Part shown: positions 22,759 to 37,020 of the stretch, in pieces
Position numbering within the stretch: the first letter of the stretch is position 1
How the letters are laid out: each line of letters starts with the position of its first letter
Made by a program: the position numbers and the translations under genes
Origin: Eledone cirrhosa
Lineage: Eukaryota
DNA: 64,000 nucleotides
Assembly (NCBI GenBank): GCA_964016885.1
Contig: OZ024746.1
Location: 30,194,001-30,258,000 of the forward strand
Direction of reading: 5' to 3'
Notes under the pieces: model-generated
What the model saw: only the letters and a program-made list of their open reading frames with translations
What the model was told of the DNA's origin: nothing
Databases searched by the model: none

Positions 22759-25413
22759 TTACAGACACAGACTCAGAGTAGGCCCATTCGCTCGGGCCAT
22801 ACTTGCTTCTCTCATCCATCTTTCAACAAAATGCTGGGAAGAGAGCACTTCCCTCTCTACCCTGATTTTCCTTTTCAAATGAAATTTGAAAAAGTTAATC
22901 AGGGCATCGCCGAAGAGGTAAGTGCTCGTCTTCAGCCCTTTCAAACGTGTCCACCATACTATCTCTTTCACCATGGCCACCAGACAGATAAAAATTGCCT
23001 GCCCTTCCCGGCTAATGGAAGAGGGCGGGGCAATCCTCACGATGGACTCAGCTGATAGCTGGATCCGTCCTACATGTGACAGCAGGTGTTCGACATAAAC
23101 CCACAAGTCAGCAATGCTCGGACACTGGACGAGTGCGTGCAGGACGGTTTCGTCGCCCTGCGCGTATCTCGGACATGCCCGGCTGACGGCACCTCCATGC
23201 CTGTAGAGTTTATCCCGAACTGGCAAAGTTCCTCGGTAGCACTGCCAGGCCAGGGATTTCTGGAAGTTGTCCATAGGCCCCGGCCCGAAAGTCCTTCCGA
23301 AGAGATTGGCTAGTTGATTTTCGTCGACGCCTAGAGTTTCTCCAAGTACGTCGTCGCTCTTCCCCTCCACTAATCCCCTATAGAACGCCAAGGTGGAGTT
23401 TCCACCGATCACATTGCCCGATTGGTCGAGGGCTGTGAGCGCCTGAAGACATTTCAGTCTCCAAGTGCTCCCTCTCGGTCTTTGCTTGACCCAGGACTGC
23501 AGCTCCGTCAAGGAGACGAGCTGGGGAAAGACGTGTCTAGCAAACGGCGAGCACACCTGATCACCGTTCAGGAAGAAGTGGAGATGTCGAAGCCTAAGCG
23601 CGTGTCTGCGCATCATCCAGCCTCTGAAGACGGGCCCAAAGCCAGCCGCCCTCAGGACTGCCGCTAGGTAAGGATGGTCCACCCTATCGAAAGCTTTCGA
23701 CTGATCTAAATTGATCAAGGACCCACCCGTGACAGGTTCCCTAGCTATCCTTTCTACGATGTATCGCATGAGGTGGAGGTTGTCGTGGATGGATCTATCG
23801 GGAATGGCGCATGTCTGCGCCTCTCCCACAAGACAACCAACGACAAGCGCCAACCTCTTTGCTAGCACCTTGGCCAAAATCTTGAACTCTGTGTTTAGCA
23901 GAGTTATGGGCCTAAAATTATCTATGTTATCCCCCTTGTTCGGATCCTTTCTCAGCAGCGCCACAGCTCCTCGGCTCACAGAGCTGGGAATTCTCCCGTT
24001 CTGTTGCCAGTTGCAGTAGACGTCCGCCAAGAGGCCTCCGAACAAGTCTGGCATCTGTACGTAAAGTTCATAGGGCAGACCATCCAAACCAGGCGATTTA
24101 CCCCTTGTGCAGCTAGTCATTGCCTCCCGTACTTCAGCGGCTGTTATCTGCTTTTCTCAACACTCCGCCTCAGTGGCCGAGAGCCGCGGCAGTCCGTCGA
24201 GGTAGACACTAAAGTCCATCCCTCGATCCGCCCCGCCGCAGCCCCCGCCGCAGCCCCCGCCGCAGCCCCAGGGATCGAGTAGCATGCGCCCGTCGTGGTC
24301 CACCAAAGACCGGATCGTGGCTTTGTTGCCACTCGGGTCCATTGAACGACTTTCGTCTCCTCGTGTCTGAGAGCACGCACCCTAGCTCTGACAACGCAGC
24401 TTTCGTGTTTTGCATTGAAGAATTGGTCAAGGGCCAATTTCGCCGCAAGTACGTCGGTCGCGATGCCTTTGCTAAGCGCCTCGTCTAATTTCTAACTAAT
24501 TCTCCCTCTGCTCTATTTTTCTCTATTGCTAAAGCCTTACTAAACCTAATGGACTCTATTCTAATTGCTCTTTTCAGAGCAAATCACCATTTGTTGTTGA
24601 CGATGGCTCCCGTCAACGCCCGCTTAACTAGTTCGTTAATCCGGTCTCTGTAGGCACTGCGCGCTGGTAAGGTCGCGTTTAGCTTCCAGTAGCCGGGTCC
24701 TCGTCCATGAAGCCTATCTAAGTCAAGCACACAGATCACGAATTTGTGGTCCGTGTAGCTGACTATCTTGAATTGTGGACAGCCTATGCTAGACCTATCT
24801 ATTTCTCTACAAAATACTCTATCTAGATATGATCTGGATGATCCTATGCGATTTGTCCAAGTCCACATTGGCACATTCGGGAAATCCAATCGTTACCTGT
24901 CAAACAGTTCAAAACGCCTGAGCAGGTTGGTGAGGCTCTTGCACCCTCCTCCCTATCCGCTAATCCCACACAGTCCCAGAATGCATCTAAGATCCCGTTC
25001 AAGTCGCCCACTAACACTAAAAAGCGGGACGTCTCCAGACGCCGGAAGAAATCAGGCCGCCCTGCTCCTGTCGGGGCATAGACAGCCACTAGCCTGAAAG
25101 CTTGCCCGTCTCCGCTGGTCACGTCCAGCACCACCAACTTACCTTCTGGGTCCAGGAAGATGGCCCGTATGGCGAGATCCAAACCTCTCCGAAAAAGCAC
25201 AGCAACTCTTCCCCCCAATCCCGGACGGCTGGGAGATGCGTACACATCGTAGCTGCCGAAGATCGGTGCGGAGGCCCGTGCTTCGGAGATTCTGGTCTCG
25301 CTGATGGCCACTACATCTATGTTTAGTGACCTGAGGTCGTTGAACAGGTGGTCCTGCTTCCATGACGACCCCAAGCCACGCGCATTTATGCTGCCTATTC
25401 TGAGTGAGGTCAT
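22759..25413 (-). pseudogene. Tx1-like ORF2 (APE-RT-zf) lacking the RT catalytic core
   Basis: ORFs 24844-25413, 24584-24889 and 22759-24120. No QG.PLSP or YADD after FGPVFRGW. Confidence 0.85.
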
Positions 25414-25419
25414 GTTGAA

Positions 25420-27280
25420 ATGGAGTGGAAAAGATGGGAAAGACCACTTACCTTACTTCTCGTAGAGGAAGGATGGTTTGTCCATTCTTTTCACTGCTTG
25501 TGGCCTCCTCCGGAAGGATGTCCTTATAAATCCTCCTGGAGAGTGTTTGTCGGAAGTCTCCGATGTCTTTGGAGAATTTATATTTTAGTGTCGTGTACGT
25601 TTTCTGTGTGATGCGAGTGATTTGTATGTGTGGAGGTGGTGTGAACTTTTGGGTTGTTGTGTAGTCTTTTTCTGTGATGCTGGTGTTGTGGGTTTGTTTC
25701 TGTTACGCTTTTTGGTGACTTTTGTAGTGTTGGTGATGGTGGTGTTGGGGTTAATGATGGTGATGGTGTTGGTGTTTGTGGTGATGGGGTTGGTGATGCT
25801 GGTGTGGATGGTGGCATATCTGTCCTAACTTTTTTGTTTGGTAATTTATTTGTTTCCCTCTGTATTTTGTTTTTGGAGGGGGAAGGAAGAGAATTTTTTC
25901 TTTTTTGGTTTCTTTTTTTCTTTTTTCCTGATACCGTTTCCCACTCCTCTTCGTCACAATCTGTCTCCAGTTGCGATAAGCCGGGGAGTGGAAAATCGTC
26001 CACATGCGTTGGTTTTGGTTGTGGGCGTGGTGGATGGTGTAGGCGCTGGTGCTAGTTCTGGCGCGTTGGGTGGTGGTGGTGTTGGTTTTGCTACTGTTGC
26101 TGGGGTTGTTGCTGTTACAGTTGCTTCTGTTGTTGCTGCTACAGTTGTTGCTGCCATTTCTGCTGCTGGTGGTGTTGATGGTTGAGTTACTGGGGTGGGT
26201 AAGAGAGGTGGCCTCAACCTTTTAGCCTGAGGGCAGAAAGCTCTTAGGTGGGTTCCTTCACCACAAACGACACACCTAGGTCTTCTGCCCTCGACGATTA
26301 CGGTGAGGTGGCTGCCGTCAGTGAGGTCTATTACCTCTGGGATCTCCTCAATGCTTTTATGGTTCGCTTGGATCAGGAGCTCCATCCCAGATCCGGACCA
26401 GTTCTCCTGCTTTTCTTTCGCTATTTCAATTATCTTGGTGTTGGCCTCGATGCCGGCGAGGACGGCAGCCATTAGCCAGGGAATTTCGATGGCCGGTGGA
26501 ACGTGGGTCACCCTGATCTTCACAAGTGTCCGACCACAATAGCTTGGGACGAGTGTGAAGTCGTCACTTCTTAATGGGGCCATGGAGTGTTCTCTGGCCT
26601 CCTGTGGTGTTTCAAAGAACACGTCCACGGTTCCATATTTCTGCCCACGTCTGATGTGGGTTTTTTTTGCCCAAACATTTCCCAAAGCTTTTTGGATTTG
26701 GGACTCGGATGCCCGTTCCACTCGGCGCGATTTTATGTTAATTGTCCGATAACACACGGTGCATAGGCGACGTTGCTCCATTTTATTAGGTGGGAGGTGA
26801 AGCTGACCTTGTACCCATCTTTCTTTACCATTCATTTGGCTTCTTCTAATTACTCTTGAGTTACCTGGATCGCTTCGCACGTTTTTGCTACTCTGGCAAA
26901 ACTCAGGGTATTTTTCTTAATTTCATTGTTGCGGTTGTTGTTATCGTTATTTTTGCTATTGTTAATTTTAGTTTCAGTTGTGGTGGTGGTGGCGTCAGTG
27001 GTGTTCGGTGTGGAAGAGTTCATTTTGGTTGAATTCATTTCGATATCACGAGTTAATTTATTTTTTTCTTTTGTTTCTGTTGTCGCTGTGGTGGTGGTGG
27101 GGGTGTAGCTTTAACACCTGCAGTCATTGGTAATGGCGGGGAATGAACGTCTGCCTGAGACAAATTTAAAATATTGCTACTGCTTACATTTCCAGTGTTG
27201 GCAAACGTAGCAATATTTACAATGGTGGTGTCGGTGTGAGGTGTTAGATTGTGAGGAAGGAGTGACTCTGAGTCATCCAT
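25420..27280 (-). pseudogene. Tx1-like ORF1 (gag-like, zinc knuckle), frameshifted
   Basis: ORFs 27053-27280, 26850-27038, 25954-26880 and 25578-26003 (acidic EEEWETV followed by basic KKKKR). Confidence 0.75.
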
Positions 27281-27609
27281 GATTTAAACTTTTTGTTTGA
27301 TAATTATAAAAGTTTAAATTTTGGGCTCAAGGCCCCAATATTTTTGAGTGTCCTTTTCAGAAATCAATGTATGTGCACTTATATACAGTTAACAATAAAA
27401 ATTTTCCATAAATGGCAATTTTAAACAACTGAAAATAACAAACCTTTGCGGAGCTCACGATGATACGATTTACTACGTAGGTCGCCAATAATAATAATAA
27501 TAATAATGAGTTGAATATGGAAATGGCTTCTACAGGACTAGAACTATTTCATTCGTACCATACTTGCTGTGGTTACCCATTATGAACCCGGGATACACAC
27601 ACACATGAA

Positions 27610-27665
<56 letters not shown>

Positions 27666-28010
27666 GAAATACTGTGTGCTTCTTGCTCATAATAATTGCT
27701 ATACTTTTCATTTATATATATATATAGTAAGTATGCTAGAAGCTGAAATGTATGATAAAGTTATATCTATTTACACACATATAGATGCATACATACACAC
27801 ACATATTTACATGTACACACACGCACATATACATATATAATATACATAGATACATACACAGATACATAAATATATACATACGTACATACTTACATACGTG
27901 CATGCATATGTATACTACCGACTAATAGTATTAAAATATTATATAATTAAATTAAACATTTTTTAACACTACTAGTGAAGTCATTATTTTCCTTTTTTTT
28001 CAAATATACC

Positions 28011-28078
<68 letters not shown>

Positions 28079-28085
28079 TATATAC

Positions 28086-28411
<326 letters not shown>

Positions 28412-28899
28412 GTATTTTGAGTGAAACAAAGACTTAGTAAGCTTTCGCAAACAATGTTTGCGCACTTATCTGTTCTGTCTCCTCCTCCCCCTCCTCTCTT
28501 TCCACACCTTGCTGCACGGCCTGTGTTTTCTTCTTCTTGCTCGTATAATAACCATTTATTACAATACTTAAATACAATTCATATTGCCAGCTATTTTCAT
28601 ATAATAAGAGATAGAAAGCTGGTGAGTGTCACAGTTTGACAAAATCAATTTAGGTAAACATAAATGCAATTTACTAGTAGATATGGCTAACATGATTAAT
28701 GGAATAGAAGAATGAAAAAAAGAGGTAAAGACAAAAATTTTAATCGAAATATCAACGTAAATGTTATATTTAATTTCATGTACTGTCTATTGTGGTCTCT
28801 GATCTGAATAGATCTTTACAGAGAAGATCAAGACTATATTGTATACATATCTATGTATGTACATTACAAAAATAAATTCATATATATGTACGCACACAC

Positions 28900-28946
<47 letters not shown>

Positions 28947-29064
28947 CATGCGTATATGTATCTCTCTATATATATATGCGTATATATGTGTGTGTATGTA
29001 TTCGTATATATATATATATACGCATATATTTATATATATACGAATACACACACATACACACCCA

Positions 29065-29147
<83 letters not shown>

Positions 29148-29348
29148 TTAAGTATACTATTTATGGTTATGCAAATACAAAAACCTTTTGTAGTTATATA
29201 TATTTTTACAAACCCTAAATAGTGGTAGGCAGTAATATATTACTACCTTATTACCAGTAAGTTAAATAGCTCAATGTAATAACATCAGATGATTTACAGA
29301 GCAGTTATATGAATTATAAGAATCAAAGAACTGTTCAAAACATTTTAA

Positions 29349-29395
29349 TGCTTACAACTGTTTCCTCCAAACCGAGGTTTGGATTCTTCGGAGCA
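29349..29395 (-). ncRNA. Hammerhead-like motif (U4C core) in 3' pLTR
   Basis: Minus strand: tgct CCGAAGA a tccaaacc tc ggtttgga g GAAA c agtt g TA agca. Confidence 0.6.
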
Positions 29396-30814
29396 ATTTA
29401 TTATTGAATGAACACTTATATGACCTCCTTTTCACCCAAGAGACATACAGATACATATGCAAATATTGTGGGTCAACATTCATTACAGCATTTAGTGTGG
29501 CAGTACACATTTAGAGATTACATTCATATTAAAAGATACAATAAAAAATACAGGTTAAAATACAACATGAAATTAAGCGGTTATAGAGTGCAATAGTTAT
29601 ACGTGTGGCAAGCAGGTGCGTCTTGTTTATATAGTGTGGCAGAGAGTTACGTGTAATAGAAGCACTTAAGCAGGTAACCAAGAGTGTTAAGGGGGTTGAT
29701 CTGGTAATGAATTCTTTATATGATTGTTATAGTCTGTGCGTGGAGAAATAATATAAGCATTAAAAATAATGTAAGCATTAAAAATACTGGAGATGCGAAG
29801 CGATGATATGGATTTCATGCACTGCGATATTTTCATAGTCCGGGGAGGGTATTTTTCAGATTATATGCCCCTCACATAATCCACGACGATTCGATATTGG
29901 GCGTTTGACAATCCTGTTAGAGAATCGTAGTTTGATGGTCTTTAGCTCAATACAGCAGATTCTTACGTTGCGAGAATCGACATCGAGATATTACCCGGAA
30001 GTGTGTGTGTGGCTAAGGGGAGTTAATGCATGAGGGGAGGTAACTCAGTGGTTTCTATTACTAACTATTAAATTGTGTCTCAAAATAGTCCCTAACTTAT
30101 ATGGTTATGCGCAGTTTCTAAAAATTTAAAGTGTCTTAACTATAATGTAGTCTATTAAGCTGTGCTGAAGGTGTTCCTGTTATGGTGATTATCCTCCATC
30201 GTAGAGTGCCACAAATGAATATTATACACGACGAGTGAGATTTCTAAATTAATTATCATTATGATTGTAGTCTACTCATAGAACCAGGCAGGGTGATTTC
30301 AGAATCACTCCAACACACAATGATCCCTGGTAAGTTCCGGGTCAGTGCATGCTATATTGGATGTCGAAAGATAATCATCACTAGGGCGGACCAGAGGTCA
30401 ATCCACAGTCCTCATGTCACTAATCTGACCATCAAATCATACATATATGTACAAACCATACGCCACTTGCAATACATTCACTGCACCCAGCATACCGGTC
30501 GTACAGCTCATCAACGTTACTAGATTAATTAGTCTTCCATTTATCCAACAATGGCACTTCCTCCGCATAGCACCAACTATACAATCAATTCAATGCTTAA
30601 ATTCTACATTAACTATAAAGTGGTGTAGTGCAGTTCAAGCAACTGGATGTAGTCACACCTAAAGTAGAAGTACAAAGGGGTATTCCTACTGTGAAGGGTT
30701 CTAGAGGGATGTCCCGATTAGTGTTAAATTAGATCAATGAGTGTGGGGATGTGGTATAAGGTGTGCCCCTGGTGTTTGATGCTAGAGGTGGTGTCTGGTT
30801 CAAGTCTGACATTG

Positions 30815-33159
30815 CTATATATTGGGCTTAAAGTTTTGGAAGGAATGTCTGAAGCGGTGCTGGCAAGTTGCAAACACTTCAGATTTTTTGTTAAGTAGGT
30901 TACGGTTAGAGAAGATAATAGTGTGGGTCTCTAGTATACAGAGGTTACAAAATTTATTAGGTGGTTTGTACGAAGTCGCGCTACCTATGACTTCCCATTT
31001 GAGTGTGTAAGGTTTATTTTTAGTTTTTAGATAGTGTATGTAGCTAGATAGAGAGGTGGAGCTGGCTAGACTGTGCTTTTTGAACGAGTGGATGTGCGAA
31101 TTATACCTGGTTTTGAAGCAGTTAGAAGTGGAGCCTACATAGGTTTCTGAAGAGTTGCTAGTTGTGACGGTGCATGAGTATATGATATCCTTGGTTAGGC
31201 ATTTTTTATCTAAAGGGCAGGTTCTATTTGCTCTACAGTTACAATTATTCTGGGTGTTAGTCTGCTGGTTATAATGCTGTGCAGAAGTCCGGGTGGTAGC
31301 TATAGGATTTGGGACATTCGGGTTGTCGACCCCGGTGTTATTGCTTATACTAGTGTTATTTCTATTATTACTGCCGTTATTACGGTTGCTTGCTACAGAG
31401 GTATTTTGAAGGTTTACCTTCTGTTGTGATTTCGTTTATTGGAAGTAAGAATTAATTTTACTTTTATTACTGCTAGCTATGTGGTATGCTATGTTAGGCG
31501 TCGTAGAGTATGAGATTTTAATATTGTTTTTGTTTAAAAGGTTATGGTACTTGTGTCCTAGAGGGAAGTTTTTATCTAGTAGTGAGAAGAAGGCCCTAGG
31601 TATGTTGGTGGAGACGTTTAGGTTGAAAGGAGGGTTGAAAAATGTGTTATTTCTTCTTCTATTTTTGTTTTTAGTGTCTGGTGTGTTGTTTCCTCCTAAG
31701 GTACTATGGTAGTTTCTGTGGTAATGGTTACTTTTGATGGCACCCTCTGCTTTAGTGTGCGTGTGGTTGCTATTCATATTACTAGGTTTCCCCATGGACA
31801 TATTGTGCGAGATGGTGTTGTAGCTATGTGTTTTCTTAGGTAGGAACTCAATCTCTATATTATAGCCGGATCTAGCTAATGCTTGATTATAATATTGCGA
31901 GTTTTTGCTAAATATGTTTGCGTCATAGGATAGATTAGAGATTCTATTGGATACCTCCTTAGAGATAGAGTTTAATATTTATCTAGGGTGATTAGACTTG
32001 GTATCCACGTAAATGAGTTTTTCGTTAGGCTTATGGAAAGGTGTATATATTTTTGAGTCTAGATATAGTGTGGCGTCTAGGAAGTTAACGTTTTTAGTGT
32101 TTTTGTCCATGGTGATACTAAGGTTAAAGTTGTTGAATGTCTTGTGCAATAGTTTTCTAGTTCTTTCTATATTGAATTTGTTATATTCTATAAGTAGAAG
32201 TGCATCATCGCGGTACAAACCACCGTTGAGGTATGGGAGGTCCTTATGGATTTCATTAAGTAAGTATAGGCCGACCAAATCAGTGACCTGCGCCGAGTCA
32301 CTAGACCCCATGGTTATGTCGAAGTTGTTGTGCGTATCCTTGCGGGTCCATAGTTGGTCCTCAAAGGTGATTATGGTATTACGGGCCGCAAGAATGACAT
32401 CAATCTGGGTTCTAGTCAGGTCGCTATTGTTCATGGCCATGATTAGTGCCTTATTTAATAGGATAGGGGAAATAGAGGTGTAGTATGAATTGATATCAAA
32501 TTGAATACATTTTTTGTCCTTGTTATTCTTGACATCTTTGAACCATTCAATAACTTCACCCGTATTTCCCCATTGTTTAAGGTGTATCTTGTGTTTAATT
32601 TGTGGGATGATTTTATCTAAAATGTTCTTGCTGATAATGCCAATGTCGGACTTGGAAGGGCAGATAAGTCTAATCGAGGGGTTGCTAATGAAGTCCTCCT
32701 TATGATCCTTCAGAGAGAATCTAGGGGGTTTGGGATATATGGTTGTGTATGCCTCTGAAGTCCTAATTTAGACACTATATTATATCCCTCTATATTAATA
32801 TCCTCTAAGTTTTTCATAGCAGTTTTCTTGTAGCTTTTATGTAGTTCATTATATATAAACTTTCTATAAGTATTATAATCCAGGCTGTATATGTTATTAG
32901 TTTTATCCGCGTGTACAATAATTGTATTACTAGTTTTGAATTCATTAATAGAGGTGTTAAGTTTGTTTAAGAAGGTGTTGTTTCTATTACGCTGCTTATT
33001 GTATTTAATGTTCTTAACTAGTTCTACTAGGTCATTTTCAAAGGAGTTAAGTAGTGTGTTAGGGGGGGGGGGGGATTTTAAAGGTTTTAAAGCCAAAGGA
33101 GTCAAATTTGTTAGTATTATTAACATTGTTAGATCTGTTTCTATCATAATGTCCTCCAT
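30815..33159 (-). pseudogene. PLE RT-GIY-YIG ORF, disrupted
   Basis: ORF pieces 32710-33159, 31979-32440 and 31436-31801, plus an open GIY-YIG frame ending at TAG 30815. Confidence 0.88.
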
Positions 33160-33582
33160 CTCACTCTATTGATAAAGGAATTTACACTGTTGATTTTTAA
33201 TGCTTACATTATTTTTAATGCTTATATTATTTCTCCACGCACAGGCTATAACAATCATATAAAGAATTCATTACCAGATCAACCCCCTTAACACTCTTGA
33301 TTACCTGCTTAAATGCTTCTATTACACGTAACTCTCTGCCACACTATATAAACAAGACGCACCTGCTTGCCACACGTATAACTATTGCACTCTATAACCG
33401 CTTAATTTCATGTTGTATTTTAACCTGTATTTTTTATTGTATCTTTTAATATGAATGTAATCTCTAAATGTGTACTGCCACACTAAATGCTGTAATGAAT
33501 ATTGACCCACAATATTTGCATATGTATCTGTATGTCTCTTGGGTGAAAAGGAGGTCATATAAGTGTTCATTCAATAATAAAT

Positions 33583-33629
33583 TGCTCCGAAGAATCCAAA
33601 CCTCGGTTTGGAGGAAACAGTTGTAAGCA
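33583..33629 (+). ncRNA. Hammerhead-like motif (U4C core) in inverted 5' pLTR
   Basis: Reverse complement of 29349-29395. Confidence 0.6.
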
Positions 33630-33667
33630 TAAAAATGTTTTGAACAGTTCTTTGATTCTTATAATTC

Positions 33668-33749
<82 letters not shown>

Positions 33750-33750
<1 letters not shown>

Positions 33751-33993
33751 CAGGGGCAACGGAAACGCTTCTGAATTGAGTGGGGTGCCAATTTGGTCAA
33801 TTTAGTTGTAATGATTATTTTAGGTCTTTGCACTATAAAATGGTCAGAAAACTTCGATATGCGTGTAAACATGACATGTACATAAATTCTTGCGTATATC
33901 CAAATAGATGTTTGTTTTGTTAGCTTTGGGAGAAAATATAATTATTGGAGAGGAGGGGGTGTCGGCTACCCTCCACCCCTAGTTCCTCCTCCC

Positions 33994-33996
<3 letters not shown>
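33750..33996. mobile_element. MITE-like element
   Basis: Imperfect TIRs CAGGGGCAACGGAA and TTCCTCCTCCCCTG inside (TA)n. Internal homology to ~62800-63030 and ~63335-63456. Confidence 0.6.
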
Positions 33997-34046
<50 letters not shown>

Positions 34047-34049
<3 letters not shown>

Positions 34050-34950
34050 CTTCGACGAATATCCTAGGATATTCTTCGAAGCCTTAGAGATGAACTTGCC
34101 ACCCAACAATAAGTACAAGAAAATTCTCAATTATAACAATATTAAAATAGCCTTCTCCATTAGATCTAATCTAGCAGACATCATAGGGATAACTAATTAC
34201 AGTATGCTCACCAAAACACGGCACCATAGCAGCGATAGGTCTAGATTTGACAGCAACTTAATAGCCTTAACGTTCCCTACCAGCACCCGCCCGACAGTGC
34301 CGGTGTCAGCTCCAAGAGACGCAACTGACATAACTGCGACGAAACTGGGGAGCATGCTGGTGACCCGTACGGGTCGCGAGGCGGCAACAGAAGGCACTGT
34401 GGCGTGCGGAGTAATAATGGTACCGCGCGCTACAGGATATAATAGTACAAACTACGGTGGTAGTGGCGCTTGCGTGAATAATAACATAGGTAGTGATAGT
34501 AATAGCCTTACTTCGGGCACAAGGAGCCACCGTAGCGGCAGCGACCGCAGCTGACATTGCAACTGTCGAGACCAGGGAAGCTGTCCGCTCAGGGGAAGTT
34601 GCCTGACAGACAATGTTATTTATAAGTGCACCGTAACTAGCCATAATAGCGTCAACCATTATATAGGGTCCGCTTTTGGCACGTTCAAAACTAGATTTCG
34701 AACGCATCTCCACTCTTTTAGAAACAAGAAGCTAACATACTCCACATCACTCGCAAACTACATCACAACATTGAAAATTCCAACATTAGCTTCGCCACAT
34801 ACTGGGAAATTGTCAGCAGGGCAACACCGTACAACTTCAAGAGGAAGTGCCAGCTCTGCCTCATGGAACTTTACCATATCGTAAGAGCACCCCCAGAGCT
34901 CATCAACAGCAGAGCAGAATCTGCAATAAACTGCAGACACAGAATACAGC
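34047..34950 (+). mobile_element. PLE fragment (RT C-terminus plus GIY-YIG), same clade as 29145-33672
   Basis: PPNNKYKKILNYNNIKIAFS, then after TGA 34552 HCNCRDQGSCPL, VIYKC, YIGS. Starts at (TA)n. Confidence 0.85.
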
Positions 34951-35497
34951 AATCATTCTATGGTTGGACCCCAGTTGAGACCCGATCACCATAAACTGGG
35001 TCCCCTGCACCAAACCATAACGCGCCGGCGAGCAGGTTGCATAATTAAACATCTGTACACTAACTATGCCTCTTATATTTGATGGATCCAAGTAGCATTA
35101 TACTTATTTTTCTGTTTAAAAATCATATTGGAGATAAAAGGATTGTGTTGAGAACAAAATCAGAGACGAACTAAGCCATTGCGATTAAATTTTCTTAAAC
35201 CGTAACTCCCATGAACCGGGAATGTTTGAAGATCTTCCATAATAATCAGTATATCAGATTGAAGTATTCATTACAATATGTCTACAAGTATACTATAGAA
35301 TAGTTGGACCGATTCTACAGTGTGACACAGTTGCTACATTTATGTTTACACAGGTAAAGAAAAGGCGTTCTACTTCAGTTCGATGTAACAAGATGTATTC
35401 TTTCCGATATACCCGATTATCTCTCTCTCTCTCTCTCTCTGTCTCCCTCTCTCTCTCTATCTCCCTCTCTCCCCCTCTCTCTCTCTCTCTCTCTCTT

Positions 35498-35602
<105 letters not shown>

Positions 35603-35698
35603 ATATATATATATATATTTATACATATATACATGTATATAGATATATGTATATATATATATATGTATATATATATATACATGTATATATATATATAC

Positions 35699-35803
<105 letters not shown>

Positions 35804-36159
35804 GGGGGGGGGGTGTTTGTGTGTATCAGTGTCTGATATATGAGAGTGACTGACTTATGATTAGTGCCAAAACGAACGCTCTTTCATTTCTCCAAAGGAC
35901 AAAATCACACACACACACACCTCCCAAACGTAAATCTAATTTATGATATGAAAGCCATTATGTTTGGTGAATAAATATCAAAGGGAGACTTCAAACAACA
36001 CATAAATAATATAAAATGCCAAATTTTAATTAAATATACATTATCAAAGGAATAATTATATTATTTGAAATATATAGATTAATCGATCAAAGTTTCTTTA
36101 GTTTTTGATTTCTGTGATACATTTTAATTTGCGTGTTTTTTAAAAGACATATGTATGCT

Positions 36160-36239
<80 letters not shown>

Positions 36240-36307
36240 CACACACACAAACACACACATAAATATATATATATATTATATATATATATATATGATATAT
36301 GTAATTG

Positions 36308-36349
<42 letters not shown>

Positions 36350-36369
36350 TATAAACATATATATAAACA

Positions 36370-36401
<32 letters not shown>

Positions 36402-36412
36402 CAATTACATAT

Positions 36413-36463
<51 letters not shown>

Positions 36464-36919
36464 TAGACTACTCAAGTATAGACTACTCCATTCAATGGAA
36501 AGCCATCATTAAGTCCAAGCCATACGCAAGGGTCAATCCGTCGTGTAGACTATGTATTGTTGAACGAATAAATACTCTAAAGAGATTATGCAATAGTGAT
36601 TGCCTAAACACGAGAAATGAATTCTTCACACGTTGTCCACGCGTCTGGAAACACCTTTTACATAACTACAAAGCTCCGGATTGAATTACAACTTCCTAAT
36701 TTTCTTATCAACCCAAAACTTTCGGACTTTCGCAGTTATCTCCCTTACACCTCTCGCACGCAATTTTGTATTGCCTGTGTGAAGTGATCGTTTCTGTGCA
36801 TGAGCGTTCGTACGGTTGTCCTTCTTGTTCCGTATAACCATGTCCATTACGAGCTGAGGATCCGCTAAGGTGAAACAATTGTTCTCGGTATGGTGAACTA
36901 ACTGTTGTGTAACTACTTC

Positions 36920-37020
<101 letters not shown>

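Larger units (their letters stand above)
22514..27486 (-). mobile_element. L1/Tx1-clade LINE, both ends present, internally deleted and frameshifted
   Basis: ORF1 pieces with CCHC knuckle (CVVCGEGTHLRAFC). ORF2 APE (GSINARGL, ISETR, VYAP, YLDRVF, YTDHK), RT N-part (KSPGLDGL, FRPITLLN, DQSKAFDRV), C-terminal zf-RVT (ETVLHALVQCP). AATAAA near the 3' end; (AAT)n on both sides. Confidence 0.92.
29145..33672 (-). mobile_element. Penelope-like element (Hydra/Nematis-like RT) with 480-bp inverted pLTRs
   Basis: ADKT, FDITMGSSDSAQVTDLVG, GLYRDD, FNPPF. My translation of ~31250-30815 gives CNCRANRTCPL, IIYSC, YVGST, CNLC (GIY-YIG). Arms 29306-29785 and 33193-33672. (TA)n on both sides. Confidence 0.92.

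Noticed and set aside
29306-33672. DNA transposon with 480-bp TIRs
   Set aside because: The interior encodes RT and GIY-YIG rather than a transposase; the arms are asymmetric pLTRs.
34552-34554. In-frame TGA just before the CNC motif (selenocysteine recoding as in some Naiad PLEs)
   Set aside because: It is not at a conserved Cys, is best explained by CGA>TGA decay, the copy has other lesions and I saw no SECIS. These PLEs also have a C-terminal endonuclease, unlike Naiads.
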